DNA of 64,000 nucleotides from positions 1 to 64,000 of the forward strand of contig JAWLBL010000036.1 in assembly GCA_041687695.1 (NCBI GenBank), written 5' to 3'. Positions 1 to 8,668 of the stretch are shown here, in pieces. Under the pieces are notes generated by a model. The model did no database searches, had not been told where the DNA came from, and worked only from the letters and a program-made list of their open reading frames with translations. A program made the position numbers and the translations under genes. Origin of the DNA: Myxococcota bacterium. GTDB taxonomy: Bacteria > Myxococcota_A > UBA9042 > PHBI01 > JAWLBL01. Position 1 is the stretch's first letter. Each line of letters starts with the position of its first letter.

Positions 1-16
1 GCCGCTCCGTGCTCAT
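1..16 (-). CDS. 5' end of a gene running off the left edge of the window (MSTER...)
   Basis: ATG at 16-14 with GGAGAAG Shine-Dalgarno 5 nt upstream; directly downstream of the small ORF 222-37. Confidence 0.4.
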
Positions 17-36
17 GCTCGCTTCTCCAATCGAGG

Positions 37-222
37 TCATGAAGCAAGCTTGCACGAGGAGACGGGAGCGGGGGAGATACCCGATATCGGACGGTTACCG
101 CTGTTGTAATCGCCGTAGTCGGCTCCAGCGAGGCCGGTGGTAGCCGCGTGTTTCCACGCGTGCTCCGCGGCTTCGGCGAACGCCTCAGCCCCAACCGCTT
201 CGATAACATCGTCCTTCTTCAC
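37..222 (-). CDS. small hypothetical protein (61 aa)
   Basis: GTG at 222 with AGGAGA 6 nt upstream; MKKDDVIEAVGAEAFAEAAEHAWKHAATTGLAGADYGDYNSGNRP...; ends just before the RBS of the next gene. Confidence 0.5.
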   Translation of the reverse strand: MKKDDVIEAVGAEAFAEAAEHAWKHAATTGLAGADYGDYNSGNRPISGISPAPVSSCKLAS

Positions 223-848
223 GCCTGGTCTCCTGGATGAGTCATGAGGGCAGCGTGACCCAGGGGCCACGTCCGTGAAAGTCAAATCGCTCGCGGGCGT
301 GCGATGGGGGCTGAAGCGGCGACGTGACGACGACGCGGTACGGGGAGGTATGCGCGAGCGGCGGGAAGGGGCCTGGATCTGCGGCGCGGCCTGGGGCGTC
401 GGGGCCATGAAGTCCAGCGGGTCGGTCGGGCGCGGTGTCGAGGCGGCGGTCAGGTCGGGCGGGGGCCGGGGAGGCTCGCCACGCGGGAGAGTGGACCGCA
501 GGAGGGCGGTGAGGGCAAGGGCAGTGGGGGCGCGTTGGGGGTGAGTGGGGACGAGGGGTCAGGGCCGGGGTTGCCAGGCAGGAGGAGTCGGGCATCATGC
601 CCGCAGAGCTGTCAGGGGTCGGGGCTCGGGTGCGCGCGAGGGGATACTGGGATGGCGGTACATAGGATGACGGCGCCACACGTGGTGCGGATGGGCGAGG
701 GGCGGCAGGTGGCGAGGGCGCTCGAACGGGTGGCGCTGGACAACGTCGAACTCCTCAATGGCTACTTGCAGATCATGGACGCTGTCATCTTCGACTATTC
801 GCAGGCCATGCGGCGTCCCCATGGGTCGGCTCGGCGTTGGGGGCGATA

Positions 849-2495
849 GTGAGGGGGCGGTGGTCGATGGCTGCGCTGGGCGTGCTGTTCGCGTGCGGGG
901 GGGCGGGCGTCGTGCCACCGAGGGCGACCGAGGAGGGAGCCGTCGCGGCGGCCGTGAGTGAAGCGGTGGAGGAAGACACACGGGCATGGGTTGATGTCGG
1001 GCTTACGGCCGAGCCGCTCGGGGCGACCTGGTTCGGCCTGGGGATTGAGGAATTGGTAGAGGGAGAGTGGGAGGCAGCTCGTGAGCTGTTTGAGAAGTCG
1101 TGTGCAAGCGATGCGGAACCCGCTGGGGCGTGTGTCCTTCTGGCGGAGACGCTGTTGTGGTTGGGAGCCGCGGAGGACTCGGCTGAGATTCAGGCGCTGT
1201 TGGGGCGGACGCTGGAGCGGCGTCAAGCGGAATGCGTGGCTGGGAACCAGGGGGCATGTGCGTCGCTGGCGTACCAGCTCATCACGGGACGGGGGGCGCC
1301 GCGGGACGTCACTCGGGCGTACGGGCTTCTGGAGGGGGCCTGCACGTCCGAGGGCGAAGGGTGCTTGTGGCTCGTAGAGGCGACGCAGGCGGTGGGGGCG
1401 CTAGAGGGGCTCGAGGAGAGGTCGCGCAAGTGGCTGGAGGTGGGGTGCGAGGTCGGGCAGGACGGCGAGGCGTGTCGAGAGCTGGGGTGGAGCCTGCTGC
1501 TCGGGGCCGGCGGAGCGCGCGAGGTGGGTCGCGCAGGGGCGCTTTGGAAGCAGGGCTGCGAGGACGAGGACGTGTACGCCTGTCGCCATCTGGCTGACTA
1601 TCATCGGTTCGGCCTGGGGGGGCGGGTGGACGTCGAGCGGGCGCGCGCCGTGGAGGCGGAGCGCGAGCGGTTGCTGACCGAGTGGTGCGAGTGGGGAGGC
1701 CTGGCGCCCTGCATGGAGCTGGCTCAAATGCGGCTGCGAACGGGCGGCGAGTCCGCCCCGGGCGAGGCGCGAGCGCGTTTGGCTCAGGTCTGTGCGTCGG
1801 GGCTGGGTGACGCCTGCGAAGTGCTCGCCGAGGCCGAGGAGCGGAATGCCGGGGGGGATGGCGAGCCGGGGGCCGCGGGCGAGTGGCGCGCGCGGGGGTT
1901 GGAGGTGCATCGGAGGCATTGTGCGTCGTGGAAGCCGGTGGACTGCGAGCCAGTGGCGCGGCTGCTGCGGGACAGCGAGCCGGCGCGAGCGTTGGAGTTG
2001 TACCGGCGGGCGTGCGAGGCGGGGCATGCGCCGTCCTGCTTCGAGGCCGCGCGGCTCGGGGGCGCGGACGAGGCGGCGTTGCGCGAGGCCGCGACCCGCG
2101 CGTGTCTGGCCGGTGAGACCATGGGGTGCGAGGCGCTGGGGCGAGGCCTGCTGAAGTCGAAGGAGGTCGACGAGCGGACGGCGGGGTACCGATGGCTGGA
2201 GGTCGCGTGTCTGAGGGGCTCGGTCGGGGCGTGTCTGGATGCGTGGGAGCAGCGCCGTAGGCCCGCGGAGGCGCGTCTGTCGCGGGGCGAGCTTGGCCTG
2301 GTGACGGTCGCTCAGGGGCTGGACGCGTGCTCGAGCGAGGTGGGGCCCCACTGCAAGCGGCTGGGACAGGCGTTGGCGAGGGGGAAGCGTACCGGGTTGG
2401 ACGAGGCCTGCCGGGCAGTCGCTGGTGAGGCGTGCGCGCGGGTCGCCAGGCGGCCCGAAGTGCGGGCGTGGATGAGCGGGGCGCGCAGCAAGTAG
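849..2495 (+). CDS. Sel1-like repeat (Cys-rich, Hcp-like) lipoprotein
   Basis: Lipobox-like LFAC; repeated A...C..G....C..L modules (e.g. ARELFEKSC, ACASLAYQLITGRGAPRD, ALELYRRACEAGHAPSC); start uncertain (849/867). Confidence 0.8.
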   Translation: MRGRWSMAALGVLFACGGAGVVPPRATEEGAVAAAVSEAVEEDTRAWVDVGLTAEPLGATWFGLGIEELVEGEWEAARELFEKSCASDAEPAGACVLLAETLLWLGAAEDSAEIQALLGRTLERRQAECVAGNQGACASLAYQLITGRGAPRDVTRAYGLLEGACTSEGEGCLWLVEATQAVGALEGLEERSRKWLEVGCEVGQDGEACRELGWSLLLGAGGAREVGRAGALWKQGCEDEDVYACRHLADYHRFGLGGRVDVERARAVEAERERLLTEWCEWGGLAPCMELAQMRLRTGGESAPGEARARLAQVCASGLGDACEVLAEAEERNAGGDGEPGAAGEWRARGLEVHRRHCASWKPVDCEPVARLLRDSEPARALELYRRACEAGHAPSCFEAARLGGADEAALREAATRACLAGETMGCEALGRGLLKSKEVDERTAGYRWLEVACLRGSVGACLDAWEQRRRPAEARLSRGELGLVTVAQGLDACSSEVGPHCKRLGQALARGKRTGLDEACRAVAGEACARVARRPEVRAWMSGARSK

Positions 2496-2690
2496 GCACG
2501 GGCGGCAGCGAGCGGCGCGGCCCGGCGAGCGGGCACCAGCGCGTGCCATGTGCGGCGCTCGACACAGGGGGGAGTTTGATGCTGAGGTTCGCTGACTCTC
2601 GACGGCGGCTGGAGCGGGCGGCGGTGGCGCACTTCGAGAAGTGCGGGCACGCGACGCAGGGCAACGGGTACATCCTGAAGCGGTACGTGA

Positions 2691-3059
2691 CTAATCGGCG
2701 AGATCGAAGCCGGGGCGGCCGTCGATGAAGGTGGCGAGGGCGAGGATGGCGCCGGCGCCGGTGGCGACGAGGCGGGTGACGGGGCCGAGGGCAGTGAGGG
2801 CGTCGGGGGGCGTCGCCGAGGGGGGCGTTCCAGTCGCGGGCGGCGTCAGGGGGGGGCGTCGCCGAGGGGGGCGTTCCAGTCGCGGGCGGCGTCGGTGAGG
2901 ACGGCGGCGAGGGGGCGCGGGTCCGGGCCGGCGCGGAACCAGGCGGGGGCTTCGGCGCAGGGGACGCCGGGCCAGTCGGCGGCGCGGGGGGGCGTCGTCG
3001 GGGAGGCCGGTGAGGGCGAAGACGGGTGTTCCGCTCGTGGACCCGACCCGTTGGCGCAC
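2691..3059 (-). pseudogene. frameshifted gene fragment containing a ~46-bp tandem duplication
   Basis: Protein-like text (GTPVFALTGLPDDAP/AADWPGVPCAEAPAWFRAGP...DAARDWNAPLGDAP/DALTALGPVTRLVATGAGAILALATFIDGRPGFDLAD*) is split across frames at poly-G runs. Confidence 0.35.
2805..2893. repeat. direct tandem duplication, 2 copies
   Basis: GGGGGGCGTCGCCGAGGGGGGCGTTCCAGTCGCGGGCGGCGTC at 2805-2847 and 2851-2893. Confidence 0.85.
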
Positions 3060-3167
3060 AGCTGTCTACGGCAACGACTGCGGTGAGCAGGCGTGTTGCG
3101 CGGAGCGCATGATGGGGCATCATCGCGAGGCTTGGGTGGACGAGCGGTGGGGACGAGGGGGGGCGGG

Positions 3168-4613
3168 ATGGTCGAGGACGAGGGGGCGGCGTCGGTCGGC
3201 GAGGGGGTGACGCCTTCAGATGGGGCGGCTTCTGAGGCGTCGGTGCCTACGGCTCGAGTGGACCCGGTGACGAGCGGGGCGAGGACGGGTCCGGGTGGGG
3301 CGCACTGGCTCGCGAGGATCGTGCTGGGGCTGGCGCTTCTGGCGGCGGCGCTGGTGCTCGCGTTGCCGTTGACGCTGCTGCTCGCAGCGGGGGTGGCCGA
3401 GCAGCTGGAGGGGCTGTTGGGGGCCGTGCTGGCGCAAACGGGAGGGCTCGAGGACGAGGTGTTCTCGACCGCGTGGCGGGGGACGGGCACGGCGGTCGCG
3501 GCGGCGGCGCTGCTGCATGTGCTGGCCCGGATGTTTGAGTGGCCGAAGCCTCGGGAACGTGGAGCGCCGCGGGAACATGGGGCCGTGTCGTTCGCGCGGT
3601 TCGCGCTGCGGCATCCGCTGGTGGTGCTGGCGCTGCCGCTCGTGGTGCTGACCAGCCTGGTGCCGTTTGAGCTGACGGACAATCCGGCGCTGCCGGACGT
3701 GCTGTCGGCGACCGGAGTCGTGGGGCTCTACCACTTGGGTCTTGCGGGGCTGCTGATTGGCTGCGGGACGCTGGTGTTTCTGTTGGCGCGGCTGCTGTAC
3801 CGGGCCGGCGCGCGGTTGCCGTTCGTGGGTGGGGCGCTGACCGTGGTGGCGGCCGGTGGGGCGTGGGCGTTCATCGGGAACGCTGTCGAGGGCCTCGAGC
3901 GCCGCCGGGACGACCTGATCGAGCCGCCGCGGCTGGCGCTGCTGCTGCCGAGCGACGCGGCGCGGGACGAGCTGGCGATCGAGGCCGGGGAGTTCGGCGG
4001 GCTGGGCGGACTGGGGTCGCGGCGCGCCGAAGACGTTGTGGTCGCGAGCGTCGGACGCGCACGAGAGGCGGAGCCGGCCGAACGGCTGGCCGAGCTGGCG
4101 ACGAAGCGGTGCCTGGAAGAGCTGGGCCCGGCCAAGCGCACGACGACGGCGTTCGACCGGGCGACTCGCTACCTGGCGCGCGGCTTCCGGATGGACCTGG
4201 AGGACGCGCACGATCTGGCGATGAAGGCGCTCATCGACGTGTGCGCGGCCGAGGGACGCACGCGCTTCGACAATCCGGCTGGCGCCTTCATGACCGCCGC
4301 GAAGAACCTGGCCATCAAGCGTTTCAAGCGAGGGCGCTACCAGGCGACCTACGCGACCACGGTCCAGGCCTGCGCCTTCCTGGAGCTCGAGGAGGTCCGC
4401 CTCGACGTCGAGGTGCCCGTCATCCGCGCGCTCATCGAGAGCCTCCCGGCCGACGACCAGTCCGCCCTGTACATGTGGGCCCGGGACTACGACCACAAAG
4501 AGATCGCGGCCGAGCTGGGCATCACCAGTCGGAGGTCGCGGGACATGATCGGCAACACCCTGAAGCGCCTCCGCAAGGCCGTCGAAAACGCCTGTCAGAA
4601 CGCGCCCTTGTAG
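3168..4613 (+). CDS. multi-pass membrane protein fused to a C-terminal ECF-like sigma-70 (regions 2 and 4)
   Basis: About 5 hydrophobic segments in the N-terminal half; C-terminus DLEDAHDLAMKALIDV...AFMTAAKNLAIKRFKR (region 2) and IESLPADDQSALYMWARDYDHKEIAAELGITSRRSRDMIGNTLKRLRK (region 4 HTH). Confidence 0.75.
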   Translation: MVEDEGAASVGEGVTPSDGAASEASVPTARVDPVTSGARTGPGGAHWLARIVLGLALLAAALVLALPLTLLLAAGVAEQLEGLLGAVLAQTGGLEDEVFSTAWRGTGTAVAAAALLHVLARMFEWPKPRERGAPREHGAVSFARFALRHPLVVLALPLVVLTSLVPFELTDNPALPDVLSATGVVGLYHLGLAGLLIGCGTLVFLLARLLYRAGARLPFVGGALTVVAAGGAWAFIGNAVEGLERRRDDLIEPPRLALLLPSDAARDELAIEAGEFGGLGGLGSRRAEDVVVASVGRAREAEPAERLAELATKRCLEELGPAKRTTTAFDRATRYLARGFRMDLEDAHDLAMKALIDVCAAEGRTRFDNPAGAFMTAAKNLAIKRFKRGRYQATYATTVQACAFLELEEVRLDVEVPVIRALIESLPADDQSALYMWARDYDHKEIAAELGITSRRSRDMIGNTLKRLRKAVENACQNAPL

Positions 4614-4718
4614 AAAGTCGCAGAAAAACGACGTCCACCTCTACGCAAAACGTCGCCTCACGGCTCGTAGGTTCAGAGCGGCAGGGAGCCGCTCCGGACC
4701 ACGAACCCGGAGAGCACG

Positions 4719-5102
4719 ATGTGCAAGCGAGATGAGGCGGGCGCCGCGCGCGGTCGCCACAGACGTGAACAGGCCCTGGCCCGAGGGACCTCGGCCGCGC
4801 GGGACTCCGAACACGCGGTCGAGCGCGCGTCGGAGCGAGGCATCGACGACGAGGCGGTCGCGGTCGCGCTGAAGTTCGGTGATGCCATCCCGCAGGCGCA
4901 TCACCGGACGGCGTACTTCGTCAGCGCCGCGGCCGTCGTGCGCGCCGCGCGCGTTGGCGACGACATCGGCCACTTCATGAACGTCGCCGTCGTCGTCGCC
5001 CCGGACGGCACGATCGTCACGGTCGTCCGCTCGAGCGAGGAGCGCATGCGCGGCTGGAAGCCCTCGAAGTCGCGGCGCAGCCACAAGCGGAGGGCGTCGT
5101 GA
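4719..5102 (+). CDS. DUF4258-like small protein
   Basis: SEHAVERASERGI motif and C-terminal VVVAPDGTIVTV strand typical of DUF4258; GGAGAG RBS upstream. Confidence 0.65.
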   Translation: MCKRDEAGAARGRHRREQALARGTSAARDSEHAVERASERGIDDEAVAVALKFGDAIPQAHHRTAYFVSAAAVVRAARVGDDIGHFMNVAVVVAPDGTIVTVVRSSEERMRGWKPSKSRRSHKRRAS

Positions 5103-5200
5103 CCTCGATGAGACCCGAACTGTCAGGTGGGGCCTCGACCGCGCCTGAAAGGGGTGCGTCACGCATCCAGACGAACACCATCTCGCGCCAGGAGCGCCCC

Positions 5201-6544
5201 GTGAACCGCTCCGTCATCCTGGTCGACCTGTACTGGACCCGGGACAAGGACCCGCGGGTGCCCCTCGGCCACGCCTCGCTGCTCGCCGCGCTCCGTGCGG
5301 TACCCGGACTCGAGGTCCACTCCGTCGTCGTCGCCGTCAACGACGGCCTCGCCAGCCCCGAGCGCGTCGTGGACGCCATCGTGGCCTGTGCCTCGGGCCG
5401 ACCCGGATGCGAGGTCGACGTCGCCTTCGGCGCCTACGTCTGGGGCGAGGACCTTCTCCGCGCCGTGCTGGCCGGCTTGCGCCTCAGAGGCTTCCGCGGG
5501 CGCATCATCCTGGGTGGACCGCAGGTCTCGTACAGCGGCGCCGGGCTCGAGGCGCTGTACCCCGAGGCGGACGCCTTCGTGCGCGGCTACGGCGAGGAGG
5601 CCCTTGCCAGCCTCGCGCGCAGTGCCGACCGCCTCGCCATCCCCGGCGTCCATTGGGCCGGCACCCCGGACCGGCTCGACCAGGCCAGCGTCGACCTCGA
5701 ACGGCTGCCGTCGCCATGGCTCACGGGTCTCATCCCGCTGGACGGCCAAGCCTTCATCCGCTGGGAGACGCAACGCGGGTGCCCCTTCCGTTGCGCCTTC
5801 TGCCAGCACCGCGAGCCGGGCGCCCGCCTGCACCACCGCGAACTGAGCAAGCCTCGCATCGCCGCCGAGATAGACCTCTTCTGCCGTCACGGCGTCCGCG
5901 AGATCGCCGTGCTGGACCCCATCTTCAACGCGTCGCGCAACGCGGTGGCAGTCCTGGAGCGTTTCGCCCGAAACGGCTTCGACGGTCGCCTGTCGCTGCA
6001 GTGCCGCGCCGAGATGCTCGACGAAGCCTTCCTCGACGCGGCAGCCGCCCTGAACGTCAACCTCGAGTTCGGCTTGCAGACGATCCACCCGGACGAGGGC
6101 AAGGCCGTCAGGCGCGGCAACAACATCGCCAAGGTCGACCGAGCGCTCGCCGAGGTCCGACGGCGCGGCCTCGACCACGAGGTCTCACTCATCTTCGGGC
6201 TGCCCCTGCAGACCCTGGCCTCCTTCCGAGAGACGGTCGCATGGTGCCTCGACCGCCGCGTCCCGGTCATCAAGGCCTTTCCCCTACTCCTGCTGCGCGG
6301 AACGGCCCTCGACCGCGACCGCACCCAGTGGGGCCTCATCACCCAGGGCGGCTCGATGCCCGCGGTCGTCGCCTCCACCAGCTTCGACCGCGCCGACCAC
6401 GAGGCCATGGCCCGCCTCTCCGAGGCCCTGAGAGCCACCGAAGGCCACCACCCCCGTCACCTCGCAGACCTGGAACGGCTGGCCGCCACCCTCGCGCCCA
6501 CCCGCACCCGCTTCCAACCCCCCACCCAGCGAGAAGCCGCATGA
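5201..6544 (+). CDS. cobalamin (B12)-binding radical SAM protein
   Basis: N-terminal B12-binding-type Rossmann motifs (PLGHASLLAAL, AFGAYVW, IILGGPQVS, FVRGYGE) and CxxxCxxC in ETQRGCPFRCAFC; GLQT and LIFGLP motifs; GTG start with AGGAG RBS. Confidence 0.9.
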   Translation: MNRSVILVDLYWTRDKDPRVPLGHASLLAALRAVPGLEVHSVVVAVNDGLASPERVVDAIVACASGRPGCEVDVAFGAYVWGEDLLRAVLAGLRLRGFRGRIILGGPQVSYSGAGLEALYPEADAFVRGYGEEALASLARSADRLAIPGVHWAGTPDRLDQASVDLERLPSPWLTGLIPLDGQAFIRWETQRGCPFRCAFCQHREPGARLHHRELSKPRIAAEIDLFCRHGVREIAVLDPIFNASRNAVAVLERFARNGFDGRLSLQCRAEMLDEAFLDAAAALNVNLEFGLQTIHPDEGKAVRRGNNIAKVDRALAEVRRRGLDHEVSLIFGLPLQTLASFRETVAWCLDRRVPVIKAFPLLLLRGTALDRDRTQWGLITQGGSMPAVVASTSFDRADHEAMARLSEALRATEGHHPRHLADLERLAATLAPTRTRFQPPTQREAA

Positions 6545-7155
6545 ACCACCTCGACACCGACCGCGCGCCCCTCTTCATCGCCTTCGAGGGCCTCGACGGC
6601 TCGGGCAAGAGCACCTGCGCCCGCCTGGTCGCCGAACGCCTGGGCGCCGTCTTCATGACCACCCCCTCGCCCGAGGTCCGCGCCTACCGCGACGACCTCA
6701 TCGCCTCGTTCGACGGCTGCCAGGAGGCCTGCCAGCTCTTCTACCTCTCGACCGTGTTCGCCGCCTCCCAGACCATCCGCACCCACCTGGCCGCCGGCCG
6801 CTCGGTCGTCATCGACCGCTACTTCCTCTCGACGCAGGCCTACGCCGCCTTCCGCGGTTCGCGCCTGACCATCGACTCCGTCGAGTCGCTGCTCGTCCCG
6901 GCCCACGCCACGGTCTACCTCGAAGCCCCGCTCGCCGTCCGCCGCGAGCGCCTCCGCCAACGCGGCACCTCCCACGCCGATCGCGAGACCCTGGCCGAGG
7001 CGGCCGATGCCGCCCTGCGCACTGAGCACGTCCGACGCGCCTACCTCGACGTAGTCGGCCGCTTCATCACCGTCGACACCAGCGCCGCCGACCCCGATGC
7101 CCTCGCCGAGCAGGTCGTCGCCGAGCTCCGCTCGATCGGCTGGCGCGCGGCCTGA
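6541..7155 (+). CDS. thymidylate-kinase-family nucleotide kinase, CMPK2-like
   Basis: P-loop FIAFEGLDGSGKST, VVIDRYFLST motif, lid RRERLRQRG; ATGA overlap with the radical SAM stop; has MTTP where housekeeping Tmk has T-R-E-P. Confidence 0.85.
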   Translation: MNHLDTDRAPLFIAFEGLDGSGKSTCARLVAERLGAVFMTTPSPEVRAYRDDLIASFDGCQEACQLFYLSTVFAASQTIRTHLAAGRSVVIDRYFLSTQAYAAFRGSRLTIDSVESLLVPAHATVYLEAPLAVRRERLRQRGTSHADRETLAEAADAALRTEHVRRAYLDVVGRFITVDTSAADPDALAEQVVAELRSIGWRAA

Positions 7156-7179
7156 TCCGACCGGTGCTCGCCCCCATCG

Positions 7180-7212
7180 ACCAAGGGCCGTGTCCATCGC
7201 GGCCTTTGGTTT
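7180..7212 (+). terminator. hairpin, probable intrinsic terminator after the kinase
   Basis: ACCAAGGGCCGTG-loop-CGCGGCCTTTGGT stem followed by only a short T tract. Confidence 0.45.
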
Positions 7213-7304
7213 CGCCGCACCGCAAGAGATCGACCTGGCAGCGGTTGATTGCGGTTGCAAGCTCGCGATAGCGTACCAGCTCCATCACCCGCTGAGGATC
7301 TCCG

Positions 7305-8072
7305 GTGCGACTGCCATCGCATGACGATCACGCGCTCGTGTCCTCGCCTCCTGCCGAGGAGCTTGCCGCCTGGAGCGAGCTCGTCCGCGTCCTCCTCCAC
7401 CGGAACCTGATCCGATACGCCGAACGTCCCTACGACTCGTCCGGCCGGGCGGACGACTCGTTCGTTTCGCACCGCGAGGTCGCTCACATCCTGTCGCCCG
7501 CGCCGCGCCCCGAGATTGCAGCCATCGATCAGGCGCTCGCGTCGATATGGTCCCGGCTCACTGAACTCGATCGCGCCGAGGCCCCACCGGCCTCGCGGCC
7601 GCTCGCTTAACTTGCCGTCCGCCTCGGCCTCACCCCCGCCGAACGCGACCTCGTCGCCGTCCTCGCGGCCTTGCAGACGCAGACCGAATTCTGGCGTCTC
7701 GCCCGCCACGCGTGGGCGGACTTCACAGTGCAGCAGCCGACGGTTGGGTTCCTCGCTGACCTGCTCGGCTCGCCCCCTCTCGAGCGACGCTCCGTGCTGG
7801 ACGCCTTCGACGGTCCTCTGGTTCGACTCGGGCTCATAAGCCTGGCCAGCGCTCGGTCCTTCGACGGCCCCACGCCGCTTGCGCAGAAGCGAGTCCACCT
7901 CATTGACTCGTTGGCCGCGCACCTCGAAGGGCGCAATGGAGCCACGACGCCTAAAGCTCGGGTCGAGCATGAAGTGCTGGTCGAGCTGCCGTCTCGGATG
8001 CGTATCGCAGGGCGTCTGCGCGAAGCCCTCCGGGCCGCGGCAAGGCGGCCGACTCCCAAGATCGTCGGTGCA
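7305..8072 (+). pseudogene. truncated N-terminal winged-helix region of an AAA ATPase (type found in eCIS loci)
   Basis: ORFs 7305-7610 and 7671- are in the same frame separated by one TAA; RLGLTPAERDLVAVLAA, PTVGFLADLL, GPLVRLGLI motifs; ends at the hairpin at 8073 before any Walker A. Confidence 0.6.
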
Positions 8073-8137
8073 GGGGTCAAGCCTTGCCATTTTCCACTTC
8101 ACGGCGTCGAATATGGACCATGGCTAGGCCTGACGCC
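8073..8137. mobile_element. REP-like palindromic mini-element
   Basis: GGGGTCAAGCCTTGCCAT (8073-8090) pairs imperfectly with ATGGCTAGGCCTGACGCC (8120-8137); resembles the GGGGTCAxGyCTTG ends seen flanking RAYT-type tyrosine transposases. Confidence 0.65.
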
Positions 8138-8422
8138 GAAGCTCCGGGTGGGGCTGAAGGCGGGCTCGGGGCCGGTCCAGACGAGCTCGGCGCGGGGGCG
8201 GTGGGCGCGGCGTTCGGCGAGCGCGGCCTGCAGGACGGGGGCGAGGGCCTCGGGCGGTAGATCGGCGAGCGCTGCGGCGACGGCCTTGTGGTCGATGGCG
8301 AGCCCGGCGGCGGCGAGGCGCCCCGCGGTGAGGTGGGCCGCGAGGAGGCCGCGATCCAGGGCCTTGGCCACGGCTTCGAGGTCGTGAGTGGATAGGTGAC
8401 TCAGGTCGGCGCACTTCGGCAT
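8138..8422 (-). pseudogene. drmC: N-terminal fragment of a DISARM DrmC-like phospholipase D protein
   Basis: Helical N-terminus ending in ELVWTGPEPAFSPTR, the conserved DrmC motif; cut off by the hairpin before any HKD motif. Confidence 0.6.
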
Positions 8423-8668
8423 GGGCCCCCCCTGCCCTCCCCCACGCGGAATGGGCTCGCGAACTCGCGTTGGTCGGGAGCCTGCCCGAGAGCAGGTCGG
8501 GGTGCAGCCGGTGCAGGCGGACTGAACACCTCTTCGCCTTCGGGGCCCTGGGAGTCCGGGGGCTGCGGACGTCGGGCATGCTCGGCGCCTCGGTTACAAC
8601 CGAAACCAGGCAGGTCGACTTGTCGGGCCGGCGATTCTACAGCATGATGGCCGAACCCGGAGCACGCC

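Noticed and set aside
535..849. Small ORF upstream of the Sel1 gene
   Set aside because: Partly protein-like but has no motif or clear start; not supportable.
5103..5200. Cobalamin riboswitch or hammerhead ribozyme before the radical SAM gene
   Set aside because: Too short and no B12-box recognised; GATGAG...GAAA lacks the CUGA core and required stems.
5201..6544. Prokaryotic viperin
   Set aside because: It has an N-terminal B12-binding domain and an RGCPFRCAFC context rather than the viperin CNYxCxFC-type motif and compact size.
6541..7155. Housekeeping tmk
   Set aside because: It lacks the T-R-E-P motif and the usual holB context, so no gene symbol was assigned.
8099..8422. Functional DISARM system
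   Set aside because: Only a drmC-like N-terminal fragment without HKD is present; no drmA, drmB or methylase in the window.
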